41,585 nucleotides of DNA from NCBI GenBank assembly GCA_965219345.1, contig CBDCNE010000001.1, positions 1 through 41,585 on the forward strand. The letters run 5' to 3'. The stretch is from Nitrosopumilus sp. Lineage in GTDB: Archaea > Thermoproteota > Nitrososphaeria > Nitrososphaerales > Nitrosopumilaceae. This document shows, in pieces, positions 6,737 through 15,679 of this stretch. Numbering within the stretch: position 1 is the first letter of the stretch; every line of letters begins with the position of its first letter. The notes under the pieces were generated by a model that saw only the letters and a program-made list of their open reading frames with translations, ran no database searches and had not been told where the DNA came from. The position numbers and the translations under genes were made by a program.

Positions 6737-8199
6737 GTGTGATTAGTCAAGTTAAGTTTGAACCTCATCAGATAAGATTTCTTAAGACTGTTAAGGTTAG
6801 GCCACGCTTTTATTTTGCATGGGGTTTAGGGAGTGGCAAGACGTTTATGGGTGCTGTTATTACTGGTGATTTATTTATGAAAGGTGGTAAGATTTTAGTG
6901 GTATGTACTCCGTCCTTAATTAGCGAATGGCTTAGTTTCTTAGAAAACTTATGGAACATACCCACTGATTTAATTAGTGTATTAAGAGATAAAAAACAAA
7001 AAGACATTTATATTCTTAAGAGAAAGAACATAGTCATTGCTACTTATAATGCGTTCTTAAATACACAGATGAAAGAAGCTTTTATTGCTGATGGTTTCAA
7101 TATGATTATACTAGATGAGGCTCATAAGATTAAGAATCCTAAGGGCAAGATGGCTAAAGGCATATATGAAGTAGTCACTCGTGGTAAGATACCAAGAAGA
7201 TATTTGTTTTCTGCTTCCATTATAAGTAAAGACTATAAAGACGTATTTATGCAGTTTAAAATTATGGATGACGGCAGAGCCTTAGGTGATAAGTATTCAG
7301 TCTTTGAAAATAAATATTTTTATGATAAAAATTCAGCGTGGCGTGGTCAAGACGGATACTATCCTAAGATAGTAGAAAATCCTGGTATGTTTGACCAGCT
7401 ACTAGCAAAGATTAAGCCCCATATGGATATGATTCAGACTAGAGATGTGGTCAAGCTTCCTAAGTATGAGATTAAGAATGTGCTTCTTACTATGGGTGAA
7501 GAGCAAGGCAAGCATTACAAACGATTACTTAAAAATAGTATCTTTTTAATTGAGGAGCTGGACAGACAATTAAAGACTAAGAAGATTGAACGATTTCAAT
7601 ACGAGGAGCATATACTAGGGGTAGTTAATAAGCTTAGACAAATGGCCAGTGGTTTTTATTATTACAATATCCTAGATGAAAACGATAAGTTTAAACAGAA
7701 AGTCCGTTTCTTCCCCGACTGCCCTAAGGCCAAGTTTCTTAGAAGTTTTCTTAGACGGTATGTCAATGAAGAGAAGATAATTGTTTGGTTTCATTTCAGA
7801 GTAACAGCTCAAGTCTTAGAGAAGGTGTGTCAAAGTATAGGACATAGCCCTAAGATTTTAATGGGTGGAGTACTTCCAAAGAAAAGAGAACAAATGATAA
7901 GAGATTTTAAGGAAGACCCAAAGTCTAGGATATTACTAGCTAATCCTAAGTCGGGAGGGGAGGGCTTGAACTTAGCTATGAGTAGGGTATGTATATACTA
8001 CACTCAAGACTACTCGTATAAAGATGACTATCAGTCGAGCGGTAGGAATTATAGAAGAGGTAGTGAGATACACGATAAGGTGGTGCGCATTAATTTAAGG
8101 TGCAAAGACAGTATCGATGACGAGATATTTAATAATTTAAACAGCAAGTCACAGCTTGTAAAAAAGATAGTTAGTTATATAAGGTTTATAGGCAAATAA
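6733..8199 (+). CDS. SNF2-like SF2 helicase
   Basis: GLGSGKT, ILDEAHKIKN, GGEGLNL, QSSGRNYRRG. Confidence 0.92.
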   Translation: MSVISQVKFEPHQIRFLKTVKVRPRFYFAWGLGSGKTFMGAVITGDLFMKGGKILVVCTPSLISEWLSFLENLWNIPTDLISVLRDKKQKDIYILKRKNIVIATYNAFLNTQMKEAFIADGFNMIILDEAHKIKNPKGKMAKGIYEVVTRGKIPRRYLFSASIISKDYKDVFMQFKIMDDGRALGDKYSVFENKYFYDKNSAWRGQDGYYPKIVENPGMFDQLLAKIKPHMDMIQTRDVVKLPKYEIKNVLLTMGEEQGKHYKRLLKNSIFLIEELDRQLKTKKIERFQYEEHILGVVNKLRQMASGFYYYNILDENDKFKQKVRFFPDCPKAKFLRSFLRRYVNEEKIIVWFHFRVTAQVLEKVCQSIGHSPKILMGGVLPKKREQMIRDFKEDPKSRILLANPKSGGEGLNLAMSRVCIYYTQDYSYKDDYQSSGRNYRRGSEIHDKVVRINLRCKDSIDDEIFNNLNSKSQLVKKIVSYIRFIGK

Positions 8200-8217
8200 T
8201 AATAAAAGGAAGGGAGT

Positions 8218-8670
8218 ATGAAAGAACAAAAAACAAGACAATTGGATTTAAGCGACACGCTTAAGGAATATGTAGAGGTGAAGGACGGTTACGATAGAGC
8301 TAATCATTTAGCTAAAGAGCTTAAAGCTAAAGTCGAGCAGTACAAGACACATATCATTGAAGTTATGGATGAAAAACAAATGTCATCTGTTAAGATTGAA
8401 GGACTGGGTAGGTTTACAGTGAAGTTGAGTGAGAAGTGGGCATATCCTAAAGACTTAGAGGAAAGAAAGAAGTTTAATAAGTGGATAGTACTCAATGCAA
8501 GCCCTGATTACTTACTTAGTCGATTGACTATGACTGCGAGTCATACAAAGACGATAGTCGAAGAGCATAAAGAGAGGCTGGGATTGAAAGAGGCTGAGAA
8601 AGTAGATGTTCCTGGTCTTGATGATCCTTATGTTGCAAAGACCTTGAGTGTTACGAAAGATAAGGTTTAG
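8218..8670 (+). CDS. Phage replication-module coiled-coil protein
   Basis: N-terminal coiled coil then SSVKIEGLGRFTV...VPGL, a layout common beside SNF2 helicase/SSB genes; strong RBS. Confidence 0.6.
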   Translation: MKEQKTRQLDLSDTLKEYVEVKDGYDRANHLAKELKAKVEQYKTHIIEVMDEKQMSSVKIEGLGRFTVKLSEKWAYPKDLEERKKFNKWIVLNASPDYLLSRLTMTASHTKTIVEEHKERLGLKEAEKVDVPGLDDPYVAKTLSVTKDKV

Positions 8671-8671
8671 T

Positions 8672-8854
8672 ATGGCAAAAAAAATAAGGCTAAACCCTAA
8701 AGAAGCAGAGGAATACATGATGAACTATGCAGATAACTTAAATAAGAGACAGATTAGACATATGAAAAAGTATTTAAGAAGTCATTCTTCTAAAGAGACT
8801 TATAGTTTTTATCAGCTTGATTGCTGGGCTTTCCTTTTCTTTGGAGATGCGTAG
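8672..8854 (+). CDS. Small paralog 1 (Xis/HTH_17-like)
   Basis: MAKKIRLNPKEAEEYMMNYAD...QLDCWA, homologous to ORFs at 8857, 9359 and 10523. Confidence 0.75.
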   Translation: MAKKIRLNPKEAEEYMMNYADNLNKRQIRHMKKYLRSHSSKETYSFYQLDCWAFLFFGDA

Positions 8855-8856
8855 TA

Positions 8857-9084
8857 ATGATGAACAAACAAAAGAAAGAAATAAGGCTAGACACTAAAGA
8901 GTCAGAAGAATACATGATGAACTATGCAGATGAATTAACTAAGACACAAATTGAAATTATGAAAAGATATTTAAAAATTCTTGATACTTACCATCAGTTA
9001 AATACTTTTAGTCTTGATGAACTTGATTACTGGGCATTTCGTTTATTTTGTGAACAAACAAAAGAAAGGAGACATAATTTATGA
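8857..9084 (+). CDS. Small paralog 2 (Xis/HTH_17-like)
   Basis: MMNKQKKEIRLDTKESEEYMMNYAD...ELDYWA; GGAG RBS upstream. Confidence 0.8.
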   Translation: MMNKQKKEIRLDTKESEEYMMNYADELTKTQIEIMKRYLKILDTYHQLNTFSLDELDYWAFRLFCEQTKERRHNL

Positions 9085-9362
9085 GTGAAAAAGAATGGGT
9101 TAAAGAAATAAAAAAGAAATATTCTTTAGCAGATAGCGACGAAATTATAACATATTTTCATAATGAACCTGAGCGCGTTGGAAAAGTGCTTTATAAAAAA
9201 AATATTCGCTACGAAGTTAAACATAAAGAACAAGGCACTACTGTTATGATTGCTATGTTTTGGCCATCGTTTCCTGAGATGGAAGCTGAAAATCAAGATA
9301 AATGCTATCAGCAAGCTTTAAATGTTTTTGAAGCTATAAGAATAAAGGGAGAGATAAAATGA
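9081..9362 (+). CDS. Hypothetical protein
   Basis: 93-aa ORF with AAGGAG RBS and ATGA overlaps at both ends. Confidence 0.8.
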   Translation: MSEKEWVKEIKKKYSLADSDEIITYFHNEPERVGKVLYKKNIRYEVKHKEQGTTVMIAMFWPSFPEMEAENQDKCYQQALNVFEAIRIKGEIK

Positions 9363-9574
9363 ACAAACAAAAGAAAGAAATAAGGCTAGACACTAAAGAG
9401 TCAGAAGAATACATGATGAATTATGCAGATACATTAACTAAGGAACAGATTGAAATTATGAAAAAATATTTTAGAATGCTTAATACTCACCATCAGTTAA
9501 ATACTTTTAGTCTTGATCAACTTGATTACTGGGCATTGCGTTTCTTTTATGAACAAACAAAAGAAAGGAATTAA
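9359..9574 (+). CDS. Small paralog 3 (Xis/HTH_17-like)
   Basis: Near-duplicate of 8857..9084 at DNA and protein level. Confidence 0.8.
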   Translation: MNKQKKEIRLDTKESEEYMMNYADTLTKEQIEIMKKYFRMLNTHHQLNTFSLDQLDYWALRFFYEQTKERN

Positions 9575-9602
9575 AATGAACAAACAAAAGAAAGGAATTA
9601 AA

Positions 9603-10079
9603 ATGAGTTATTTAAATACAAATTCACCTGTTGTCAGCGTGTTAATTCTAGGGATAAGCATGCTAGTTATTTTTTATGGAATTTATTTGTTATTTGGAGG
9701 TGATTCTAGGTCACTAACTGCAAAGGAAATAGAAGCGGGGTCTGTGTCTTGGGATGAAAAACACTATGCAGCACTGTATAAGGAAACAGAGAGACAAGAT
9801 AAAATTAATTTAAAAAATAAAAAAGAACAGATGGAGAAGACAAGAAAATTGTTTAAAGGAGCTACTGAAACTTATTATGCTTTTACTTTAGAAGGAGAAA
9901 GACAAGAGTTGCAAGATATAGTTGTACCTGTATATGCAGAGTTTCCTAAAGCATTCATAAATGCTGGTATTATGTGGATAAAACAAGAGGCGGTTAAAGA
10001 GAAAGAGGTTGACTTTATGGATTTAGAAGATACTCCCACACCTGTTCCTGCAGTTGGCTGCGAGAAGGAGGAAAAATAA
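9603..10079 (+). CDS. Single-pass membrane protein
   Basis: TM segment VVSVLILGISMLVIFYGIYLLF; start at ATG 9603 or 9576, each with an AAGGA RBS. Confidence 0.75.
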   Translation: MSYLNTNSPVVSVLILGISMLVIFYGIYLLFGGDSRSLTAKEIEAGSVSWDEKHYAALYKETERQDKINLKNKKEQMEKTRKLFKGATETYYAFTLEGERQELQDIVVPVYAEFPKAFINAGIMWIKQEAVKEKEVDFMDLEDTPTPVPAVGCEKEEK

Positions 10080-10080
10080 A

Positions 10081-10506
10081 ATGAGAATGAGATTTACAAA
10101 ACAAGAAGCCTATGAGTTAGTCAGCGGGGATTTAAAAGGACAAAGCTTCGAGCTTGAGGTGATAGATAGTTTCGAAACTAACTATAAAGACACATTAACC
10201 GAGGAAGATATAGTCAGAGAAGTCAATGAGCAGATGTACAATGTTATTGCTGAGGGTGAGGAGCTGATAGAAAAAGCTTTGTTTCCTGATAATTCTAAAA
10301 CAAAAGATTATGACAAGTCTATGCATAAGTTTAGTGAGCTTTGTTATGCGAACCAGATGGCTTTTAAGATGGGTGCTTTAAGACGTGACTATGACAGCCT
10401 TAAGAGGTACATAGCAGACTGTAAAGGACGAGTTGATTACAGTACAAGAGACAGTAAGAGACAGGAAATAATAGAAAAGAGAAAACAATGCCAAGAAAAG
10501 AAATAA
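10081..10506 (+). CDS. Hypothetical protein
   Basis: AGGAGG RBS before ATG 10081. Confidence 0.75.
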   Translation: MRMRFTKQEAYELVSGDLKGQSFELEVIDSFETNYKDTLTEEDIVREVNEQMYNVIAEGEELIEKALFPDNSKTKDYDKSMHKFSELCYANQMAFKMGALRRDYDSLKRYIADCKGRVDYSTRDSKRQEIIEKRKQCQEKK

Positions 10507-10522
10507 TGGAAAAGAAGAAACA

Positions 10523-10750
10523 ATGCCAAGAAAAGAAATAGGACTAAACGCTGAGCAAGCAGAGAAGCATATGATGGCTTATTCAAATTTGCTAACTGAT
10601 AAACAAGTTAAATGGATTAAAGAATGCTTTAGCCATATTCCTGTTGAAGCTACGATCAAGGTTGAAGACCTAGATGGTTGGGCTTTGCGTCTTATTAAAA
10701 ATACTATATTAAAAAAAGAAAAACAAAAAACAAAAAGGAGGAAAATATGA
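10523..10750 (+). CDS. Small paralog 4 (diverged, Xis/HTH_17-like)
   Basis: KEIGLNAEQAEKHMMAYSNLLTDKQV...DLDGWALR aligns with the other three. Confidence 0.75.
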   Translation: MPRKEIGLNAEQAEKHMMAYSNLLTDKQVKWIKECFSHIPVEATIKVEDLDGWALRLIKNTILKKEKQKTKRRKI

Positions 10751-10995
10751 GCGAAGAAATTTCAATGAAAGAAGAAGCGTTAAAAATAATGGAGTCAAGG
10801 CTTGATACGCTTTACAGGTTATACGATTCAATTCATTACAAATTAGAATTTGAAATTTGGAAGAAACAAGAGCCAGAACATGACAAATATCTTGAAGCAT
10901 TAAAAGAAAATAAGTACACAGCTAGTAAGCTACTTATGACTTACGAATCAGATGTGAGAGAGATGCAAAACGAACTTTTAAAAAAGGGTAAATAA
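10747..10995 (+). CDS. Hypothetical helical protein
   Basis: 82-aa ORF, AGGAGG RBS, ATGA overlap. Confidence 0.75.
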   Translation: MSEEISMKEEALKIMESRLDTLYRLYDSIHYKLEFEIWKKQEPEHDKYLEALKENKYTASKLLMTYESDVREMQNELLKKGK

Positions 10996-10996
10996 A

Positions 10997-11377
10997 ATGA
11001 CACCAAGAATGAGAAATAAAATAATGGCAGAGCATTTTCTTTATAAGGAAAATTCGACTATAAAAAGATGTAGTTTTACTTCTGACAAACAGCACACAGG
11101 TAAAATTCTTTTTACTAAACTTACAGACAATGACACTACCCTTTATGTGGTCTATCAGATATATAAAAGGGAGATTAAGAGATCAAACGAGTATGAGTAT
11201 GAGCATATAAAAGACAGTATGAAAATGGCCATCTTAGCAGAAGAGAAGTATGACAGTCTTGATATAAACTCATACAATAATGAAACAGAAACTTTTAATA
11301 GAAATAAAAGTCCAGAGATAAAATTAGTAAGGACAAATAACAATAAGGAGGAAAAACAAAATGAAAAGAACGACTAA
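10997..11377 (+). CDS. Hypothetical protein
   Basis: 126-aa ORF tightly packed in the operon. Confidence 0.7.
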   Translation: MTPRMRNKIMAEHFLYKENSTIKRCSFTSDKQHTGKILFTKLTDNDTTLYVVYQIYKREIKRSNEYEYEHIKDSMKMAILAEEKYDSLDINSYNNETETFNRNKSPEIKLVRTNNNKEEKQNEKND

Positions 11378-12422
11378 AAAAATAGCGAGAGAAAAGAAAG
11401 CTGAGGTAGGACTAGGGGTGACTATGCAACAATGGCATGAGGGAGTGGACACGTCTAAAGAAAGCACTACGATACCACGAGTGTACTTAGCACAAGGTAA
11501 GTTTAAAGGGATAGCCGAGGGCATCTGTAAAGAAGGACAGTTTGTTTCTCTTGTCACTAATCAAGTAATAAGCGATCAAAATAACGAGATGGAAATGGTA
11601 TTTTTCTATAAGACTCTAGGCTGTATTGAGTATCAGCAAGATGCTATTAAGAACACACTTGATTTCATACGAACCTTTCCTATGGATACTAACCCCTCAA
11701 GCCCTAACTACGTAGGCTCATTAGAATTAAGAAGCGGGATAGAAGGACACCCTACGCTAATCAGAGTGATTAGGAAATGTATGTATTATTTTGGTTTCTT
11801 AAGGTCAGCTGAAGGCTACTGGGACACATCCATCCCTTATATTTTTGGCTTCACTGGGGCTGGGTATTCTAAAGGATGTGACTTATCCACTGAGATATAT
11901 TCTAGAAACAAACAATTAAACCTAGCTCCCTGTGCCTACAGCGTGGTGTTATCTTCTGAAGAGAGAGTGACTGCGGGTCACACTTATCTTGTTCCTACTT
12001 TTAGAAGAGGAGAAGACGTGCCTATGCACGTACAGGACAAAGCTTATGAATGGTTGCAATCTGTAAGAGTAGACAAGAAAGAACTAGTAGAAACAAGCAT
12101 TGCTAATTCTAATCAGAGTATTTATGAACGCACCCCTGCCCCTGCCCATCCCCAGCCCCAAGCCCATGTCCCTACACCTAGACCTATGTCTTCTACTCCA
12201 CCTATGGGCCAGACTGCTTCACATATAGGCCAGACTTCTCAAGGCACACCGCCAGTAAACACCTACGCAAAAAAGACAAATTATCCTGATACTGCTGCTC
12301 CAAAACCTCAACCTCAACCCGTTCTTAACCACGCTATCAACCCACAGTCTGCCACAGAGCCTGTTTATGCTGAGAACATAGACGCTACTAGTATTGATGA
12401 TACGGTCGAAGGCCTGATTTAA
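11361..12422 (+). CDS. Putative single-stranded DNA-binding/annealing protein
   Basis: IPRVYLAQ N-terminal motif, long Pro/Gln-rich linker and acidic tail (ENIDATSIDDTVEGLI); directly upstream of the polymerase genes. Confidence 0.55.
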   Translation: MKRTTKKIAREKKAEVGLGVTMQQWHEGVDTSKESTTIPRVYLAQGKFKGIAEGICKEGQFVSLVTNQVISDQNNEMEMVFFYKTLGCIEYQQDAIKNTLDFIRTFPMDTNPSSPNYVGSLELRSGIEGHPTLIRVIRKCMYYFGFLRSAEGYWDTSIPYIFGFTGAGYSKGCDLSTEIYSRNKQLNLAPCAYSVVLSSEERVTAGHTYLVPTFRRGEDVPMHVQDKAYEWLQSVRVDKKELVETSIANSNQSIYERTPAPAHPQPQAHVPTPRPMSSTPPMGQTASHIGQTSQGTPPVNTYAKKTNYPDTAAPKPQPQPVLNHAINPQSATEPVYAENIDATSIDDTVEGLI

Positions 12423-12423
12423 T

Positions 12424-13104
12424 ATGTCTCACCCTCATCAAAATTCAAAAAAGTGGCCATCACTTAGAGAGAGAATCCTTTCCATTGCACAAAGTAAAAT
12501 CATAGCTTTTGACGTTGAGACACGATATGATTATAAAAAGTATGGCGACTTCAATCCTATGGGGAACAATGAACTCATAGGATTGGGAGTACAGAGCAAA
12601 GAAGACCATTGGTATTTTAATTTAAACAATTACCCCTCTCACTTAGAAGAAGAGAGGGAACCTGTAGTAAACGATGAAAGCTTTATATTTTTTTTGCAAG
12701 AGGCATTTTGCAAAGAAGGAGGTTTAGCTATAGCTCACAATGCTATTTACGATTACACTTGTATTTCAAGAGCTATAGCTAAATACAATGCTAAGTACAA
12801 TTTGTCTTTAAAATTTAAAAGGTCTTTGTTCTGTACTATGGAGGCTGAATTTCTTATGTACAATAAACCATTTCAATCTCTCAATCTTCTAGCTAAAAAG
12901 TACGGGTTCGGTCCTAAAGATGACAAGCCTTTAGAATACATACTAGAACACAAACTATATGACCGTATCCATAGAAAGAAACCTTTCAACCCACGATATG
13001 AGAATGTACCTGATGACATTCTAAGACTCTACTGTACAAAAGACACTAAGCTTTGCTACCTTATAGGACTTAAACAACTTAAAGCATTGAAGGAGATGGA
13101 ATGA
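12424..13104 (+). CDS. Stand-alone 3'-5' proofreading exonuclease (PolA exonuclease domain)
   Basis: ExoI FDVET, ExoII HNAIYD, ExoIII YCTKD. Confidence 0.88.
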   Translation: MSHPHQNSKKWPSLRERILSIAQSKIIAFDVETRYDYKKYGDFNPMGNNELIGLGVQSKEDHWYFNLNNYPSHLEEEREPVVNDESFIFFLQEAFCKEGGLAIAHNAIYDYTCISRAIAKYNAKYNLSLKFKRSLFCTMEAEFLMYNKPFQSLNLLAKKYGFGPKDDKPLEYILEHKLYDRIHRKKPFNPRYENVPDDILRLYCTKDTKLCYLIGLKQLKALKEME

Positions 13105-14336
13105 AACCTATTAAACCCTTAATCAGAGATGAAAATAAACTTATTAAAGTAGTCAGCAATATGGCTACTCGTGGGATAGGTGTTGATATGTCCGAGCTTA
13201 CTCGACAAAGAAGGAAAGTTTCTACAGATTTACTAGAGACTCAAGAGATACTTGATAACATTGCAGAAGAACCTTTCAACTGTAAGTCTAATCCACAAAT
13301 TAAAAGAGTGTGTGAAGCTAAAGGCTGGAAGTATATAGTCAATCCTAAAACTAATAACATAATGGCTGATAAGTACACCCTTAACAAATACAAAAACTAT
13401 TGGCCTCAAGAATTTTTAAGCGCATTAAAAACTTACAGAGTTTTAAGTAAGGTCGGTGAATTTTTAGAAACAACATACAAGCATTGCATTCAAGATGAAG
13501 AGGGAAGGTATAAAGTCCACCCGTCTTATTACATCAATGGATGTGTGACAGGACGTTTCTCTGTTAAAAGCCCTGCTATGCAGACACTACCAAAGATAGA
13601 GATAGAAGACAGTGAAGATACTGAGTCAGAGAGCAAAGCACTATCAGTAAGGAAATGCTTCACTGCTAGGATTGGCAGTAGTTTTGTTGCAATAGATTAC
13701 TCACAGCAAGAGTATAGACTTCTTTTGGATTATCTCGGATACAAGCCTTTGATTGAGGCTGTTAATTCTGGCCTTGATATACATCAAGTGATAGCTGATA
13801 GCTTAAAAGTTTCTCGTGAAAAAGCTAAAGCAGTTAACTTCAGCATACTGTACGGAGCGGGCATCAAGTCTCTCTCTCTTTCTTTAGGTATGACTGAAGG
13901 AGATACTAGAGTATTCTTGCAGAGATACTATGATCGTATTCCACCGCTTAAGAATTTTGTTCAGACTGTACGTCGTATCGCTGAAAGACGTGGGTACATC
14001 CAGAACTGGAAGGGACGTGTCCTTAAACTAGCCCCTGAGTTGTCTTACAGGGCAATAAATTACCTCATTCAATCATCTGGGGCAGACATAATAAAGACTG
14101 CAATGGTAAGCCTTATGTGCCCTATGACAGGCACATTGAGAAACAGACCTGGTGTTCACTTAGTGTGTCAAATACATGACGAGTTGCTTTTTGAGGTGTC
14201 AGACCTTAGCATAATAAATGAAATAATGGATCAAATGTCTAAAAGCTATAAGCCATTTAATGGAATTAAAATGAAAGTGACTGCGAGTGTAGGACATAGT
14301 TTTGCAAAAGGACATTTGAAAGAGCATGCCGGTTGA
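13101..14336 (+). CDS. polA: Family A DNA polymerase, polymerase domain
   Basis: TGRFS..P.MQ, motif A DYSQQEYR, motif B REKAKAVNFSILYG, motif C QIHDELLFE. Confidence 0.95.
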   Translation: MKPIKPLIRDENKLIKVVSNMATRGIGVDMSELTRQRRKVSTDLLETQEILDNIAEEPFNCKSNPQIKRVCEAKGWKYIVNPKTNNIMADKYTLNKYKNYWPQEFLSALKTYRVLSKVGEFLETTYKHCIQDEEGRYKVHPSYYINGCVTGRFSVKSPAMQTLPKIEIEDSEDTESESKALSVRKCFTARIGSSFVAIDYSQQEYRLLLDYLGYKPLIEAVNSGLDIHQVIADSLKVSREKAKAVNFSILYGAGIKSLSLSLGMTEGDTRVFLQRYYDRIPPLKNFVQTVRRIAERRGYIQNWKGRVLKLAPELSYRAINYLIQSSGADIIKTAMVSLMCPMTGTLRNRPGVHLVCQIHDELLFEVSDLSIINEIMDQMSKSYKPFNGIKMKVTASVGHSFAKGHLKEHAG

Positions 14337-14622
14337 GTCAGAGTTAGAAAGAGACGTAGTCAGAAAGCTTCGAGCTATCGAAGGTGTTTGGGTTAGTAAG
14401 AACTTAGGAGGTAACGGCATACCTGATCGCATTTTATGTATTGCTGGTCAGTTTGTAGGAATAGAGTTTAAGAGTATGAGAGGCAGACAGAACAAAGCTC
14501 AATCTAAAATGCAAGACAAGATACGAGTAGCTGGTGGCAAGTATATATTATGCTCCCCTTTATACAGAGACTCCATAATAGAAGCAGTGAGAAAGCAAGT
14601 AGAGGCCAATGGGAAAAGGTAG
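14326..14622 (+). CDS. VRR-NUC domain nuclease
   Basis: ESELER...GIPDRILC..GQFVGIEFK...Q PD-(D/E)XK pattern. Confidence 0.9.
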   Translation: MPVESELERDVVRKLRAIEGVWVSKNLGGNGIPDRILCIAGQFVGIEFKSMRGRQNKAQSKMQDKIRVAGGKYILCSPLYRDSIIEAVRKQVEANGKR

Positions 14623-15100
14623 AGAAAACAAAGAAAGGTACAATGTATCCTCTAAGTCTCTTTATAAATTAGGCATCAACCTGTATGGGGTGAAGGGCTT
14701 GCAAAAAATATACAATGACTATATCGTTCCTTGTTACATAGGAGAGACTTTCAATGATGGCATCGGAATACCATGGATATTCAGCATGAACAAAGCACAC
14801 AGTTTATCGCTTGATCCTATTCGGTATCCTTTGCAAGGATGGGATGAAATTTATAGGACTGCAGAGAAACTAGACGTTATCAATCCAGTGACTAAAGTAG
14901 AGAACTCTTTTTATACTTCGGTTAGATTATTAGAACTCATAGGCCTGGTCTTACAAGAGTTTAAGGACACAGGCTGGACTACTGAGCCTGCTCATTTTGT
15001 ATTAGGTGAGGGGAAGGAAGCAGTCGAGTTTTTCATAGGAGTCAAGACTTCTCAAGAGTCTAAGAACTATGACAATAGAAACGTGTTTAGGGATTTATAA
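14609..15100 (+). CDS. Hypothetical protein, possible degenerate M15 peptidase paralog
   Basis: SLDPIRYPLQGWDEI aligns with AVDLLLQPFEGWGNI of the next gene. The ORF itself is secure; the function is speculative. Confidence 0.5.
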   Translation: MGKGRENKERYNVSSKSLYKLGINLYGVKGLQKIYNDYIVPCYIGETFNDGIGIPWIFSMNKAHSLSLDPIRYPLQGWDEIYRTAEKLDVINPVTKVENSFYTSVRLLELIGLVLQEFKDTGWTTEPAHFVLGEGKEAVEFFIGVKTSQESKNYDNRNVFRDL

Positions 15101-15679
15101 ATGAGAGTTTCTGTTTTACTTGATCTTATAAAAATAAACTCATCTCCTCAAAGAAACAATTGGGAGGATAAATTCGTAGTTAAGTATCTTGTCAACAAAG
15201 ACAAGCTAATGGGAGTGGAGTCTTCTATGAAAGCAATAGTTTACTTAGCTTCTCACATTATAAACTCTATGGTTGAGAAGAAGTATGAAAAGAAAGACCC
15301 TTTAAAAGTACAGATACTAGAAGGCCTTAGGACTGTAGACAGACAAATAAAACTATGTGAGACAGGGGCTAGCAAATGGAAGTCTAATCCCGAATCCGCT
15401 CCCCATTGCAAGGGTATGGCCGTCGATCTTTTACTTCAGCCATTCGAAGGCTGGGGTAACATACCAAAGGACAGGAATCTACTTTGCAAAGAAGTCCAAG
15501 ACATAGCCACTGAGAGAGGTCGGTTTTATTTTCTTGCGGGTGCTATGTTCTCAGCTTACTACATGCTAAAAGATTCATACTGCCCCGATATAGAATTAGT
15601 ATGGGGTGGAAACTTTGATAGAGATAATCGTTTTAAGGACGGTACCTTTCTAGACCTTGTTCACTTCGAAGTAAGGTAG
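15101..15679 (+). CDS. M15 family (L-Ala-D-Glu type) peptidase, endolysin
   Basis: EGLRTVDRQ, HCKGMAVD, WGGNF, DLVHFE. Confidence 0.88.
   Translation: MRVSVLLDLIKINSSPQRNNWEDKFVVKYLVNKDKLMGVESSMKAIVYLASHIINSMVEKKYEKKDPLKVQILEGLRTVDRQIKLCETGASKWKSNPESAPHCKGMAVDLLLQPFEGWGNIPKDRNLLCKEVQDIATERGRFYFLAGAMFSAYYMLKDSYCPDIELVWGGNFDRDNRFKDGTFLDLVHFEVR

Larger units (their letters stand above)
8861..9594 (+). repeat. Five copies of the 18-bp direct repeat TGAACAAACAAAAGAAAG
   Basis: Copies start at 8861, 9051, 9360, 9550 and 9577; the last two belong to a 27-bp tandem duplication at 9549..9602. Confidence 0.92.

Noticed and set aside
8861-9602. CRISPR-like array from the 18-bp repeats
   Set aside because: Spacing is 27-309 bp, the intervals are protein-coding, the repeat is not palindromic and there are no cas genes.
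12130-12330. C-rich repetitive stretch as a non-coding element
   Set aside because: Explained by the Pro/Gln-rich linker codons of the SSB-like gene.
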